A DNA stretch of 64,000 bases from an uncultured Actinomycetes bacterium. Lineage in GTDB: Bacteria > Actinomycetota > Thermoleophilia > Gaiellales > Gaiellaceae. The notes under the pieces are model-generated. The model had not been told where the DNA came from. It worked only from the letters and a program-made list of their open reading frames with translations, and ran no database searches. Where the stretch lies: NCBI GenBank assembly GCA_963838985.1, contig CAWITF010000004.1:76280-140279 (forward strand), given 5' to 3'. This document shows, piece by piece, positions 27,222 to 36,901 of this stretch (within the stretch, counting starts at the first letter, position 1; the number at the start of each line of letters is the position of its first letter). A program made the position numbers and the translations under genes.

Positions 27222-30167
27222 ATGCATCGGAAGCTGGCGCTGGTCGTGCTCGGCGCGGTCGTCGCGCTCGCCGTGATTCTCGGCGTGCTCGGACGATCGA
27301 CCGGATCTCACGACTCGAGTGCAGGAGACGCCGTGGCGGCGGCGACAGAGGAAGCAGACGGCGGGCCGCAAACACCCGCCGACTTCCTGAGGCTCCGTGC
27401 GCTCGGAGGACGGAAGACCGTCACCCGCGCCCAGCTGAACCGCGCGCTGCAGCAGGCGTCGGACATCGACACCACGCCCGGGACGTGGGAGTACGTCGGT
27501 GCGAACAACATCGGCGGCCGCGTCACCGACGTCGTCGTCGATCCTACGCAGCCGAACACGATCTATCTCTCGTCCGCGGGCGGCGGCGTGTGGAAGAGCA
27601 CCGACGCCGGCGCGACGTTCCAGCCTTCGTGGCCGAATGACTACCCGCAGGCGATCGGCTCGCTCGCTCGCGCGTCCGACGGCACGCTCTGGGCGGGCAC
27701 CGGCGAGGCGAACGCCTCCGGCGGCGGCATCACGTATGCCGGCGACGGCGTCTACAAGTCGACCGACGGCGGCGTCACCTGGACGAACATGGGGATCGAC
27801 AACGCCGGGATGATCGGCCGAATCGCGGTCGATCCGACGAACCCGGATCGCGTCTTCGTCGCTGCCGCAGGCGACATCTATGCGCAGGGCGGCAAGCGCG
27901 GTCTCTACCGCACGATCGACGCCGGCGTCCATTGGACACGCGTGCTGACACCGGATCTCGATGCCGCACCGTTCACGGGCGTCGTCGACGTCGCGATCGA
28001 CCCGGTGAACCCGAATCGCGTGTACGCGACGCAGTGGGATCACCATCGCAGCTCGTATCTGCGCCCGTACGGCGGCGTCGGCTCGGGCCTCTACGTGACC
28101 GACAATGCCGACGAGACTCCCGCGTCCGACGTGTCGTGGCAACGCATCGGCAACTCGAATGTGAGCGGACCGCTGCCGACCTATGACGCGTCCCAGTCGG
28201 GTCTCGCGAGCGACGCGAGCCTCGGCCGGATGGGCGTCGCGATCGCGCCGTCAGACCACACGCGCGTCTACCTGATCGTCGGCGAGTCGCTCGGCAACGA
28301 CAAGGGCTTCTACGTCTCGAACAACGGCGACCGCAGCCTCGCCGACGGCGGGCCGACGTTCGCTGCCGGCGGCCGCGCGGGCGGCAACAGCCGCTTCGAG
28401 TGGTGGTTCGGCCGGATCTTCGTCGACCCGGTGAACAAGGATCATCTCTTCAAGACCGACGTCAGCCTCCGCGTGTCGTCGAACGGCGGCACGACCTGGG
28501 GCAACTCCGGGAACCCGCACTCCGACCAGCACGCGATGGCGTGGGACCCGAACGTCGCGAACCGTGTCTACCTTGGCGACGACGGCGGCCTCTACCGCTC
28601 CGACAACAACGGCACGAGCTGGATCCACGGCACGTCGATGCCGTGGCTGCAGGGCTACCACGTCGCCGTATCGCAGACGCGGCCGAACCGGATCGCGGTC
28701 GGCCTGCAGGACAACGGCAGCAACCGGACGTGGACGGGCGTCGGCGACGTCGCCGACCCGGTCGCGACCAACTGGAACTCGTACGGCGGCGGTGACGGCC
28801 ACTACGTCGTCGTCGACCCGTCCGACGACACGTACGCGTACTCGTGCAGCCAGAACGCGGCGTGCAGCGGCATCCACGACCAGTCGTTCACCAACACGAC
28901 CATGTCGACCGCCGCCGCGGTCGGGGCAACGAACGTGAAGCTGGCGAGCGTGACGAGCCTCGCTCCGGGCCAGACGCTCACGATCGACACGGCGGGAGCG
29001 AACCCCGAGACGGTGACGATCGTGACCGTCGGGACGTCGGGTGCCGGTGGCACCGGCGTCACCTTCACGCCGGCGCTCGCATTCGCGCACGCGTCGGGTG
29101 TGACGGTGAGCAAGAACAACGTCCCGACGACGGCGAGCCTCGGCTTCGGGTCACGCGGAAGCGGTCTGCGCTGCACGACCGACGCTCCGCTCGTCACCGA
29201 CCCAACCGCGCCGTCGACGCTCTACATCGGCTGCAACGCCCTGTCGCGGTCGACGAACCGAGGCGCCACCTGGACGACGATCGCTGCGCCCGATCTCCTG
29301 ACCGGGCCGGCTCCGGCCGACGACTCGACGACGAACAACCCGCTCTACGCGGGCCAGTACCCGACGATCTCGGCGATCGCTCCGTCCAAGTCCAACCCGA
29401 GCACCATCTATGTCGGCACCGACAACGGGCGTCTGTGGAAGACGACAGATCTCGGCGTCACGTGGATGCAGTTCGCGAACCCGTTCGACCCGGCGCCGCC
29501 ACGCTGGGTGACCTCGATCGTCGCGGATCCCGTCGACGCGCGGCATGCGTTCGTCGCGTACGGCGGGTTCCGGGAAGGCGTCACCGCCGCGAACGTGTTC
29601 GAGACGACGTCGGCCGGCTCGAACGGCGGGTCGTCCGTGACGTGGAAGAACATCAGCGGCAACCTGCCGAACGCGCCGGTGAACGCGCTGGCGTACGACC
29701 GGCCGAACGGCACGCTGTACGCCGCGACCGACCTCGGCGCCTTCTACATGCAGAACGACGACAAGGTCTGGCATCGCCTCGGCGACAACCTGCCGAACAC
29801 CGCGATGGAGGACATGAAGGTGCAGAAGAGCTCACAGAAGCTCTACATCGCGACGTTCGGCCGCGGCGTCTGGCGCATCCCGCTCGTCTCGGGCACGCCG
29901 CCGTATGACGAGCAGGCCGACGCCGCTCTGGTGTCTCTCGGGAACACGGTCCGCGGCATGGGCCTGTCCGCCGGCATCACGAGCCAGCTGACGAATCAGA
30001 TCGATGCGATCCGTCACACGCTCGAGCGCGGCGACGACGTCTGCGCGGACCTCGAGTCCCTGAAGGGGCAGATCGCCTCGTACGTGACGCGAGGGAAGGT
30101 GACGGCTTCGCAGCAGTCGCAGTTGAACGCTTCGATCGACTCGATCGAAGACGAGCTCGACTGCTGA
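27222..30167 (+). CDS. Large secreted BNR/Asp-box (sortilin/VPS10-like beta-propeller) repeat protein with a C-terminal helical domain
   Basis: ATG at 27222 in ORF 26412..30167 (MHRKLALVVLGAVVALAVILG signal/anchor). Repeated S.D.G.TW motifs (KSTDAGATF, KSTDGGVTW, RTIDAGVHW, SSNGGTTW, SDNNGTSW, STNRGATW, TTDLGVTW). Preceded by GAAGGGGAGA. Confidence 0.8.
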   Translation: MHRKLALVVLGAVVALAVILGVLGRSTGSHDSSAGDAVAAATEEADGGPQTPADFLRLRALGGRKTVTRAQLNRALQQASDIDTTPGTWEYVGANNIGGRVTDVVVDPTQPNTIYLSSAGGGVWKSTDAGATFQPSWPNDYPQAIGSLARASDGTLWAGTGEANASGGGITYAGDGVYKSTDGGVTWTNMGIDNAGMIGRIAVDPTNPDRVFVAAAGDIYAQGGKRGLYRTIDAGVHWTRVLTPDLDAAPFTGVVDVAIDPVNPNRVYATQWDHHRSSYLRPYGGVGSGLYVTDNADETPASDVSWQRIGNSNVSGPLPTYDASQSGLASDASLGRMGVAIAPSDHTRVYLIVGESLGNDKGFYVSNNGDRSLADGGPTFAAGGRAGGNSRFEWWFGRIFVDPVNKDHLFKTDVSLRVSSNGGTTWGNSGNPHSDQHAMAWDPNVANRVYLGDDGGLYRSDNNGTSWIHGTSMPWLQGYHVAVSQTRPNRIAVGLQDNGSNRTWTGVGDVADPVATNWNSYGGGDGHYVVVDPSDDTYAYSCSQNAACSGIHDQSFTNTTMSTAAAVGATNVKLASVTSLAPGQTLTIDTAGANPETVTIVTVGTSGAGGTGVTFTPALAFAHASGVTVSKNNVPTTASLGFGSRGSGLRCTTDAPLVTDPTAPSTLYIGCNALSRSTNRGATWTTIAAPDLLTGPAPADDSTTNNPLYAGQYPTISAIAPSKSNPSTIYVGTDNGRLWKTTDLGVTWMQFANPFDPAPPRWVTSIVADPVDARHAFVAYGGFREGVTAANVFETTSAGSNGGSSVTWKNISGNLPNAPVNALAYDRPNGTLYAATDLGAFYMQNDDKVWHRLGDNLPNTAMEDMKVQKSSQKLYIATFGRGVWRIPLVSGTPPYDEQADAALVSLGNTVRGMGLSAGITSQLTNQIDAIRHTLERGDDVCADLESLKGQIASYVTRGKVTASQQSQLNASIDSIEDELDC

Positions 30168-30178
30168 TCCGAAAGTCC

Positions 30179-30215
30179 GACGGCTCTCGCCGGCTACGCG
30201 CCGGCGAGAGCCGTC
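30179..30215. terminator. 16-bp perfect hairpin at convergent gene ends (GACGGCTCTCGCCGGC TACGC GCCGGCGAGAGCCGTC)
   Basis: Read directly from the sequence. It overlaps the last codons of the minus-strand aminotransferase gene. Confidence 0.6.
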
Positions 30216-31353
30216 AGCGCCTCGAGCAAGCGGTCGACCTCGGCCGCGGTGTTGTAGTGGACGAAGCCGGCGCGCACCGCCCCGGCTTCGCCGAGCCCGA
30301 GTGCCGCCATCAGCTCGACGGCGTAGTAGTCGCCGTCCCAGACCGCGATCCCGCGCTCGCCGAGCGCCTCTGCGACCGAGCGTGGAGACTTACCGTCGAC
30401 GGTGAACGCGAACGTGGGCACGCGGCCGTCGAGCGACGGCAACCCGTAGAGCGTGACGCCGCCGGGTAGCCCGTCGAGGAAGCGCTGCCCGAGTGCGCGC
30501 TCCTGCGCCTGGATCGCCGGCCAGCCGATCGACTCGACGTACTCGACGGCGGCGACGAAGCCGGCGAGCAGCTCGTGCGCGAGGGTTCCGGTCTCGAACG
30601 GATGCGTCGCCGGCCGCACTGTGTAGGTTCGCCACTGCTCTGCGAGCTCGCTGCGGACGTAGGCGAGGCCGAGGTGCGGCCCGAAGAACTTGTACGGCGA
30701 GCAGAGCAGCACGTCGACGCCGAGCTCCGTCACGTCGATCGGCCCGTGTGGCCCGTAGTGCACGGCGTCCGCCCACGCGAGCGCGCCGACGCCGTGCGCG
30801 AGCTCGACGATGCGCGCCGCGTCGGTCGTCGTGCCGACGGCATTCGAGGCGAGCGGGAAGGCAACCACCTTCGTCCGTTCGTTGAGCGACGCGCTCGAGC
30901 TCGTCGTAGTCGAGCGTCGTGTCGCCGCGAACGCCGACGACGTGCACCACCAGCTCGAGGTCGTGAGCGAGCTCGAGCCAGGGGGAGATGTTCCCGTCGT
31001 GGTCGAGCGCCGTCACGACGATCTCGTCGCCGGCCTCGAGCGTACGCGCGACCGCGCGTGACAGCGCGAAGTTGAGCGTCGTCATGTTCGCGCCAAAGCT
31101 CGACTCGCCCGGCTCGCAGCGCAGGAACGATGCAGCCGCGAGACGCGACTGCGCGACGAGCGCGTCCGTGCGGCGGCTCGAGGCGAACGGCGCCGCCGAG
31201 GTTCGCGTTCGAGTCGCGGAGATAGGAGGCGATCGCGTCGACGACGGAGTCGGGCACCTGCGTGCCGCCGGGGCCGTCGAAGAGCACCGCGTCGGACTGC
31301 AGCGCCGAGAAGCGCGCGCGAACGGCGTCGACGTCGAAGGCGACCGTGCTCAT
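30194..31353 (-). pseudogene. Class V aminotransferase-fold PLP enzyme (cysteine desulfurase / selenocysteine lyase-like); frame breaks near 31187 and 30880
   Basis: Three ORFs join end to end: 30730..31353 (MSTVAFDVDAVRARFSALQSDAVLFDGPGGTQVP...), 30390..31085 (MTTLNFALSRAVARTLEAGDEIVVTALDHDGNISPW...) and 30194..30868 (VAFPLASNAVGTTTD...LLCSPYKFFGPHLG...). Confidence 0.75.
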
Positions 31354-31385
31354 CGGCCGTGACGCTACCGGACTACGATCGGGCG

Positions 31386-31679
31386 ATGACCACGTTGACC
31401 CCGCCCCGCGAGGAGCTCGACACCGGCGAGGGAACGGGCCTCGGCAAGCCGTGGCACGTGATCGTCCTGAACGACGACCACAACACGTTCGAAGGCGTCG
31501 CGTTCGCGCTCTCCTCGGTGCTGCCGGCGACGTCGTACGACCAGGGCATGAAGCTCGCGAACCGCATCCACTCGACCGGGCAGGCGATCGTCTGGTCCGG
31601 CGTTCAGGAGCAGGCCGAGCACTACTGGGAGCAGCTGGGCGGGCACGGGCTGACGATGGCGCCGCTCGAAAGCAGCTAG
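31386..31679 (+). CDS. clpS: ATP-dependent Clp protease adaptor ClpS
   Basis: ORF 31359..31679: PWHVIVLNDDHNTFEGVAFAL...A..LA..IH..G.A. The start is taken at the internal ATG 31386, which is preceded by TACGAT plus 6 nt. Confidence 0.8.
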   Translation: MTTLTPPREELDTGEGTGLGKPWHVIVLNDDHNTFEGVAFALSSVLPATSYDQGMKLANRIHSTGQAIVWSGVQEQAEHYWEQLGGHGLTMAPLESS

Positions 31680-31697
31680 TGACAAGTTGTTACTTGT
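31675..31697. repeat. Copy 2 of the 23-nt A/T-rich palindrome family: GCTAGTGACA AGT TGTTACTTGT
   Basis: It spans both stop codons of the convergent clpS (TAG 31677..31679) and osmC-like (TAA 31692..31690) genes. A 17-nt core (AGTGACAAGTTGTTACT) is identical to copy 3. Confidence 0.8.
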
Positions 31698-32091
31698 AGT
31701 GCCACGCGTACGTCGGCTTCACCGTCAGCGACGCGCCGACGAAGCAGTCTTCCTCCGCGTCCGCGAGCAGCTTCGCGGCCTCGTCGTCGCCGGGATGCGG
31801 CGAGAAGCGCACGGTCAGGTCGACGTCGCATTCGACGATCGCGAAGCGGTTGTCGGTGTCGCGGCGCGTGACCATCGCGCGTGCCGAGCCTTTCGCGTCG
31901 GCGACCTCGACGTCCAGTCGTCGCGCGTGGAAGCGAAGGCTCGTCAGCGAGCAGCGGACGAGCGCCGCGAGGAGCAGGTGCTCGGGCGTCCACGCCTGGT
32001 CGACGACGAGCTCGGTGCCGTCCTCGGTGCGCAATGTGCCGCCCTCGTGCAGGTCGATCGCATAGCGGAACTCGCGCGCTTTGACGGGCAC
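31690..32091 (-). CDS. OsmC/Ohr-family peroxiredoxin-like protein
   Basis: ORF 31690..32313, with GTG 32091 proposed as the start: VPVKAREFRYAIDLHEGGTL...PEHLLLAALVRCSLTSL...AEEDCFVGASL. Confidence 0.7.
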   Translation of the reverse strand: MPVKAREFRYAIDLHEGGTLRTEDGTELVVDQAWTPEHLLLAALVRCSLTSLRFHARRLDVEVADAKGSARAMVTRRDTDNRFAIVECDVDLTVRFSPHPGDDEAAKLLADAEEDCFVGASLTVKPTYAWHYK

Positions 32092-32133
32092 GCCGGGGAT
32101 CTTGCCGTCCGCATCGGCTCCTACGCTTCTCCT

Positions 32134-32325
32134 GTGATCCGGCTGCGGACACTCTCCGAGGCGGAAGTCTGGGCCCGCTGCTACGGCAGCTACGACCCGA
32201 CCGTCACCGTCACCCGCGCCGAGCCGCGCCGGCCGCACTACGACCTCGACGTCAGCGGCGAGAGTCTGCGGCAGAGCCTGGAAGCTAGGCTCGACGAACG
32301 GCTGGCAGAGCAAGAAGCGGCATAG
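32134..32325 (+). CDS. Small hypothetical protein (63 aa)
   Basis: Tail of ORF 31687..32325 from GTG 32134 (VIRLRTLSEAEVWARCYGSYDPTVTVTRAEPRRPHYDLDVSGESLRQSLEARLDERLAEQEAA). Protein-like composition and high GC3. No recognisable SD. Confidence 0.4.
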   Translation: MIRLRTLSEAEVWARCYGSYDPTVTVTRAEPRRPHYDLDVSGESLRQSLEARLDERLAEQEAA

Positions 32326-32339
32326 CGACTCCTTCGGCG

Positions 32340-33254
32340 GTGCCCGACGTCCTCGCGCCAGGGCTGCGCGTCGTCTTCGTGGGCATCAATCCCGGCCGCG
32401 TCTCGGCCGCGGCCGGCGCGCACTTCGCGAATCCGCGCAACGACTTCTGGCGGCTGCTGCACGCGGCACGCTTCACGTCGCGGCTCTACGAGCCGAGCGA
32501 GCAGTTCGAGCTGCCGAACGAGGGCATCGGCGTCACGAACGCCGCGTATCGGACGACGCCGGGCTCCGGCGACCTGCGGCGCGGCGACTTCGCCGGCTCG
32601 GCCGAGCGGCTCGAGCAGATCGCGCGCGAGCTGCAGCCGCGATGGCTCGCGTTCGTCGGCAAGGAGGCGTACCGCGGTGCGTTCCGGGAGCGGCCGGAGC
32701 TCGGCGTGCAGGAGCGCCGGCTCGGCGAGACGCAGCTCTTCGTGCTGCCGTCGACGTCACCCGCGAACGCGGCCGTGCCGTGGGACGAGCGGTTGCGCTG
32801 GTTCGCCGAGCTTGCCGGTCGCTCGGTCGGCCTGCCGTGGCGGCTCGGTGTTCGCGCGCTGCTCGTCGACAGTGCGAACCGAGTGCTCCTGATGCGCTAC
32901 GGCAACCAGTACTCGACCTGGTGGGTCACTCCCGGCGGCGGCAAGAACCCCGAGGAGTCGGACGAGCAGGCGCTGCGACGCGAGCTGCGAGAGGAGACGG
33001 GGCTTCGCGACGTCGAGATCGGGCCGCTGCTCTGGAGCCGCGAGCAGTACTTCTGCGACGAGCCCGGGCACTGCGGCCAGCGGGAGAACGTCTACCTGGT
33101 CCGGGTCGACGCGTTCGAGCCGCAGCCGGAGCTCGACCTCGCGGCCGAGGGCTGCCACGAGCAGCGGTGGTTCACGCTCGACGAGCTCGACGGCCTGCCG
33201 ACGAGGCCGGAGGATCTCGCGACGAGGACAGCTAGCTTCGCCAGCGGTTGGTGA
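32340..33254 (+). CDS. Fusion protein: G/U mismatch-specific uracil-DNA glycosylase (Mug) domain plus a C-terminal NUDIX hydrolase domain
   Basis: ORF 32340..33254. The N-terminus [37 protein letters not shown] is Mug-like. The C-terminus carries the Nudix box [24 protein letters not shown]. Confidence 0.75.
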   Translation: MPDVLAPGLRVVFVGINPGRVSAAAGAHFANPRNDFWRLLHAARFTSRLYEPSEQFELPNEGIGVTNAAYRTTPGSGDLRRGDFAGSAERLEQIARELQPRWLAFVGKEAYRGAFRERPELGVQERRLGETQLFVLPSTSPANAAVPWDERLRWFAELAGRSVGLPWRLGVRALLVDSANRVLLMRYGNQYSTWWVTPGGGKNPEESDEQALRRELREETGLRDVEIGPLLWSREQYFCDEPGHCGQRENVYLVRVDAFEPQPELDLAAEGCHEQRWFTLDELDGLPTRPEDLATRTASFASGW

Positions 33255-34947
33255 TCGGCGTCCGCCGGTCGCGGCCGAACGCCTTCGGCCGCAGCCGCAC
33301 GCCGGGCGGCGCCTGCCGGCGCTTGTACTCGGCGCGGTCGATCAGCGCACGGCGCGCTCGACGACGTCGGGGTCGAAGCCGTCGCTCGAGAGCTCCTCGA
33401 GCGTGCGGTCCTCTTCGACGTAGGCGACGAGCACCGGTCGAGCACCGGGTAGGGCGGCAGCGAGTCCTCGTCGAGCTGGTCGGCGCGAAGCTCGGCGCTC
33501 GGCGCGCGGTCGATGATCGTCTGCGGGATCAGCTCGCGCCCCGCGCGCTCGTTCAGGTGCTTCGAGAGCCGGAAGACGTCGGTCTTGAAGACGTCCTTCA
33601 GCAGCGCAAAGCCGCCTGCCATGTCGCCGTAGAGCGTCGCGTAGCCGACCGACATCTCCGACTTGTTGCCGGTCGCGACGAGCAGCCAGCCGAACTTGTT
33701 CGAGAGCGCCATCAGCAGCACGCCGCGGATGCGCGCCTGCAGGTTCTCCTCGGTCAGGTCGGGCTCGCGTCCTTCGAAGCTCGGCGCGAGCGCGCTGACG
33801 AAGCCCTCGACCATCGGCTCGATCGCGATCTCGCGGAAGTCGCAGCCGAGGTTCTCGGCGAGCCGCTGCGCGTCGCCGCGCGTTCCCTCCGACGAGTAGC
33901 GCGACGGCATCGAGACGCAGTGCACTCGCTCCGGCCCCAGCGCCTCGGCGGCGAGCGCGGCGACGAGCGCCGAGTCGATCCCGCCGGAGACGCCGACGAC
34001 GATCTCGCTGAAGCCGTTCTTGCGCACGTAGTCGCCGAGGCCGAGCTCCAGCGCGAGCCGCATCTGCTCGAGGTCGTCGCAGAACGGCGTCAGCGTCGGC
34101 TCGAGCGTGTCGTCGTGCGAGTGCGGAGCGCCGATGTGCACGACGTCGACCGCACCGAGCTCGCCGCGATCCTGCGCGAGCGCACGCCGGCGCGTGTCGG
34201 TGAGCCGGCGCGACACGACCGACGACGGGTCGATGTCGACGACGAGCAGCTCCTCCGCGAAGCCGCACGCGCGCGCGAGCACGGTGCCCTCGTCGTCGAT
34301 CACGAACGAGTGGCCGTCGAAGATCAGCTCGTCCTGGCCGCCGACCGTGTTGCAGAGCGCGACGAACGACGCGGTGTCGCGCGCGCGTGTGCGGAACATC
34401 TCCTCGCGCTCACGGTCGCGTAGCAAGTGGAACGGCGACGCGGAGATGTTGACGATCAGCTGCGCGCCGGCGAGCGCGAGATCGGTCGCGGGCGGGCCGG
34501 GCTGCCACATGTCCTCGCAGATCGGTCACGCCGACGAGCGTGTCGCCGTGCTCGAAGAGCGTGATGCCGTCGCCCGGCGCGAAGTAGCGGAACTCGTCGA
34601 AGACGCCGTAGTTCGGGAGGAAGCGCTTCTTGACGAACGCCTTCACCTCGCCGCCCGCGCAGACCGCGGCCGCGTTGAAGAGATCGCCGCTCGAAGTGCG
34701 GCGTGCCGACGACCGCGACGATCCCGCGCGCCTCGCGCGCGATCCGCTCGAGCGACGCTTCGGCGGCTCGTACGAAGCCCGGCCTCAGCAAGAGATCCTC
34801 CGGCGGATAGCCGGTCACGGCGAGCTCCGGGAAGAGCGCGATGTCGGCGCCGGCCGCCTTCGCCTCGCCGAGCCGCTCGAGGATGAGCGCGCGATTGCCG
34901 TCGAGATCGCCGACGACGGGGTTGATCTGCGCAAGTGCGATGCGCAT
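33232..34947 (-). pseudogene. nadE: Glutamine-dependent NAD+ synthetase (nitrilase domain plus NAD synthase domain); about four frame breaks, near 34689, 34523, 33436 and 33343
   Basis: Four pieces join: ORF 34456..34947 (MRIALAQINPVVGDLDGN...FPELAVTGYPPEDL), ORF 34410..34646 (KAFVKKRFLPNYGVFDEFRYF), ORF 33092..34510 (ICEDMWQPGP via own reading; VGVSGGIDSALVA; GNKSEMSVGYATLYGD) and ORF 33342..34268 tail ([30 protein letters not shown]). A last segment is from my own translation ([37 protein letters not shown], stop 33234..33232). Confidence 0.8.
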
Positions 34948-34955
34948 CGCTATTC

Positions 34956-36831
34956 CTAGAGTACGCGGCTGATCGCGTCGAGCGATTCAGGGTTCTCGAG
35001 CGACGAGAGGTCGCCCGGATCCTTGCCGAGCACGCGGGCGCGCACGGCGCGGCGGACGATCTTCGCGCTGCGCGTCTTCGGCAGCGCGTCGACCCAGAGG
35101 ATCCGCTCGGGCTTGAACGCCTTCCCGAGCACGTCGGTCACGGCCGAGGCCACCCGCTCGTCCTTCTGCTTCTCGCCTGGCTTCGGGACGCAGAAGATCC
35201 AGGCGACCTCCCCCTTGACCGCGTGCGGCACGCCGATCGCCGCCGCCTCGGCGACGATGCCGCTGCCGATCGCGGCGGACTCGAGCTCGGCCGGCCCGAT
35301 CCGCTTGCCGGCGATGTTCAGCGTGTCGTCGCTCCGGCCGTGCAGGAACCAGTAGCCGTCCTCGTCGATCGACGCCCAGTCGCCGTGCGTCCACACGCCG
35401 GGGAAGCGGCGCCAGTACGTCTCGAGGTAGCGCTCGTCGTCCCCCCAGATCCCGCGCGTCATCCCGGGCCACGGGCTGCGGCAGACGAGCTCGCCGACCT
35501 GCTTGCGGACCGGCCGGCCGAGCTGGTCGACGACGTCCATGTCCATCCCGAGGGCGGGGAAGCCGAGCGCGACCGGCTTGATCGGCTCGGTGATCACCGT
35601 CGTCAGGAAGCACGCGCCGACCTCGGTGCCGCCGCTCACGTTCACGATCGGCGTCGTCGAGCCGCCGACCTCGTCGAAGAGCCAGCGGTACGGGTCGGGG
35701 TTCCACGGCTCGCCGGTCGTGCAGAACGCCTTCAGCGAGGAGAGGTCCTGCGTCGGTGCGCCGTGCGGGATCAGCGCGCGCACGAGTGTGGGCGAGAGGC
35801 CGAGCATCGTCACGCGCTCCGACTCGACGAGCGACCACAAGCGGTCTTCGGGCCAGTCGGGCGCGCCCTCGGCGAAGACGATCGTCGCGCCGGCGGCGCC
35901 TGCCGCCGACGACCGTCCACGGGCCCATGATCCAGCCCATGTCCGTTGCGAAGTGAACCCGGTCTCCGGGCTTCACGTCGGCCTGGTAGACGGCCTCGCG
36001 CACGATCGAGACGAGGAAGCCCGCGGTGACGAGGTTCGCGCCTTTCGGGCGACCGGTCGTCCCCGACGTGTACGCGAGCAGATACGGCGCCTCGGAGTCG
36101 ACCTCGACCGGGGCGAGCGTGCCCGGCTGCCGTGTCACGAGCTCCGGCCATTCGCGCTCGTCCCGCCGCCACACGATCACGTGCTCGAGCGCATGCGGGC
36201 CCGCCTCGGTGAGCGTCTCTGCCATCTCGATCCGCTTTCCGCGCCGCAGTGACCAGTCGGCGCAGATCGCGACCTTCGCCTGCGAGTCCTCGAGCCGCGA
36301 CGCGATCGCAGGCCCCGCGAAGCCGGAGAAGATCGGCACGTGGATCGCGCCGACGTGCGCGCACGCGTGCGCGGCGATCGCCACGGCCGGCGACATCGGC
36401 ATGTAGATCGCGACGCGGTCGCCTTCGACGACCCCGAGCTCGACGAGCGCCTCGGCGAGCTGCGTCACCTGGCGCGATGCCTCCGCGTAGGTGAGCGACT
36501 CGCGTGCTCCGTCCTCGTAGCGGCCGACGAGCGCCTCGTCGCCGGGGCGCTCGGCCGCGAAGCGGTGCAGGCAGACGCGTGCGACGTTCACCCGGCCGCC
36601 GTTGAACCATGTCGTCCACTCCGGGCCGCGCGAGTCGTCGAGGACAGACGTCCACGGCTGCGAGAACTCGATCCCGAGGTCGTCGACGAGCTCGCCCCAG
36701 AAGCGGGCCGGCTCGCGCACCGACAGCGCGTGCAGCTCGGCGTAGTCGGCGACCTCGAAGCGGTGCAGCAGGCGCGTGACGTTCGCCCGGTCGGCCTGCT
36801 CGGGCGTGGGCTGCCAGATGAAGTCGCTCAC
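34956..36831 (-). pseudogene. AMP-dependent acyl-CoA synthetase/ligase (acetoacetyl- or acetyl-CoA synthetase-like); frame break near 35900
   Basis: ORF 34987..36831 (…LLAYTSGTTGRPKG…DMGWIMGPWTVVGG) continues in ORF 34956..35840 (…NVSGGTEVG…SDDTLNIAGKRIGPAELE…LPKTRSAKIVRR). Confidence 0.8.
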
Positions 36832-36850
36832 GTTGCGGAACCCTAGTGCG

Positions 36851-36895
36851 GTCAGCTAACCTAGCGACCACTAACTTAGTGGACACTAACCAGGA
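36851..36895. repeat. Three tandem 15-nt units, each centred on CTAAC, in the divergent ligase/MFS promoter. The middle one sits in a 15-nt palindrome, CCACTAA C TTAGTGG.
   Basis: The units are GTCAGCTAACCTAGC, GACCACTAACTTAGT and GGACACTAACCAGGA. CTAAC occurs at 36856, 36871 and 36886, exactly 15 nt apart. Confidence 0.6.
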
Positions 36896-36901
36896 GCTCG
36901 G

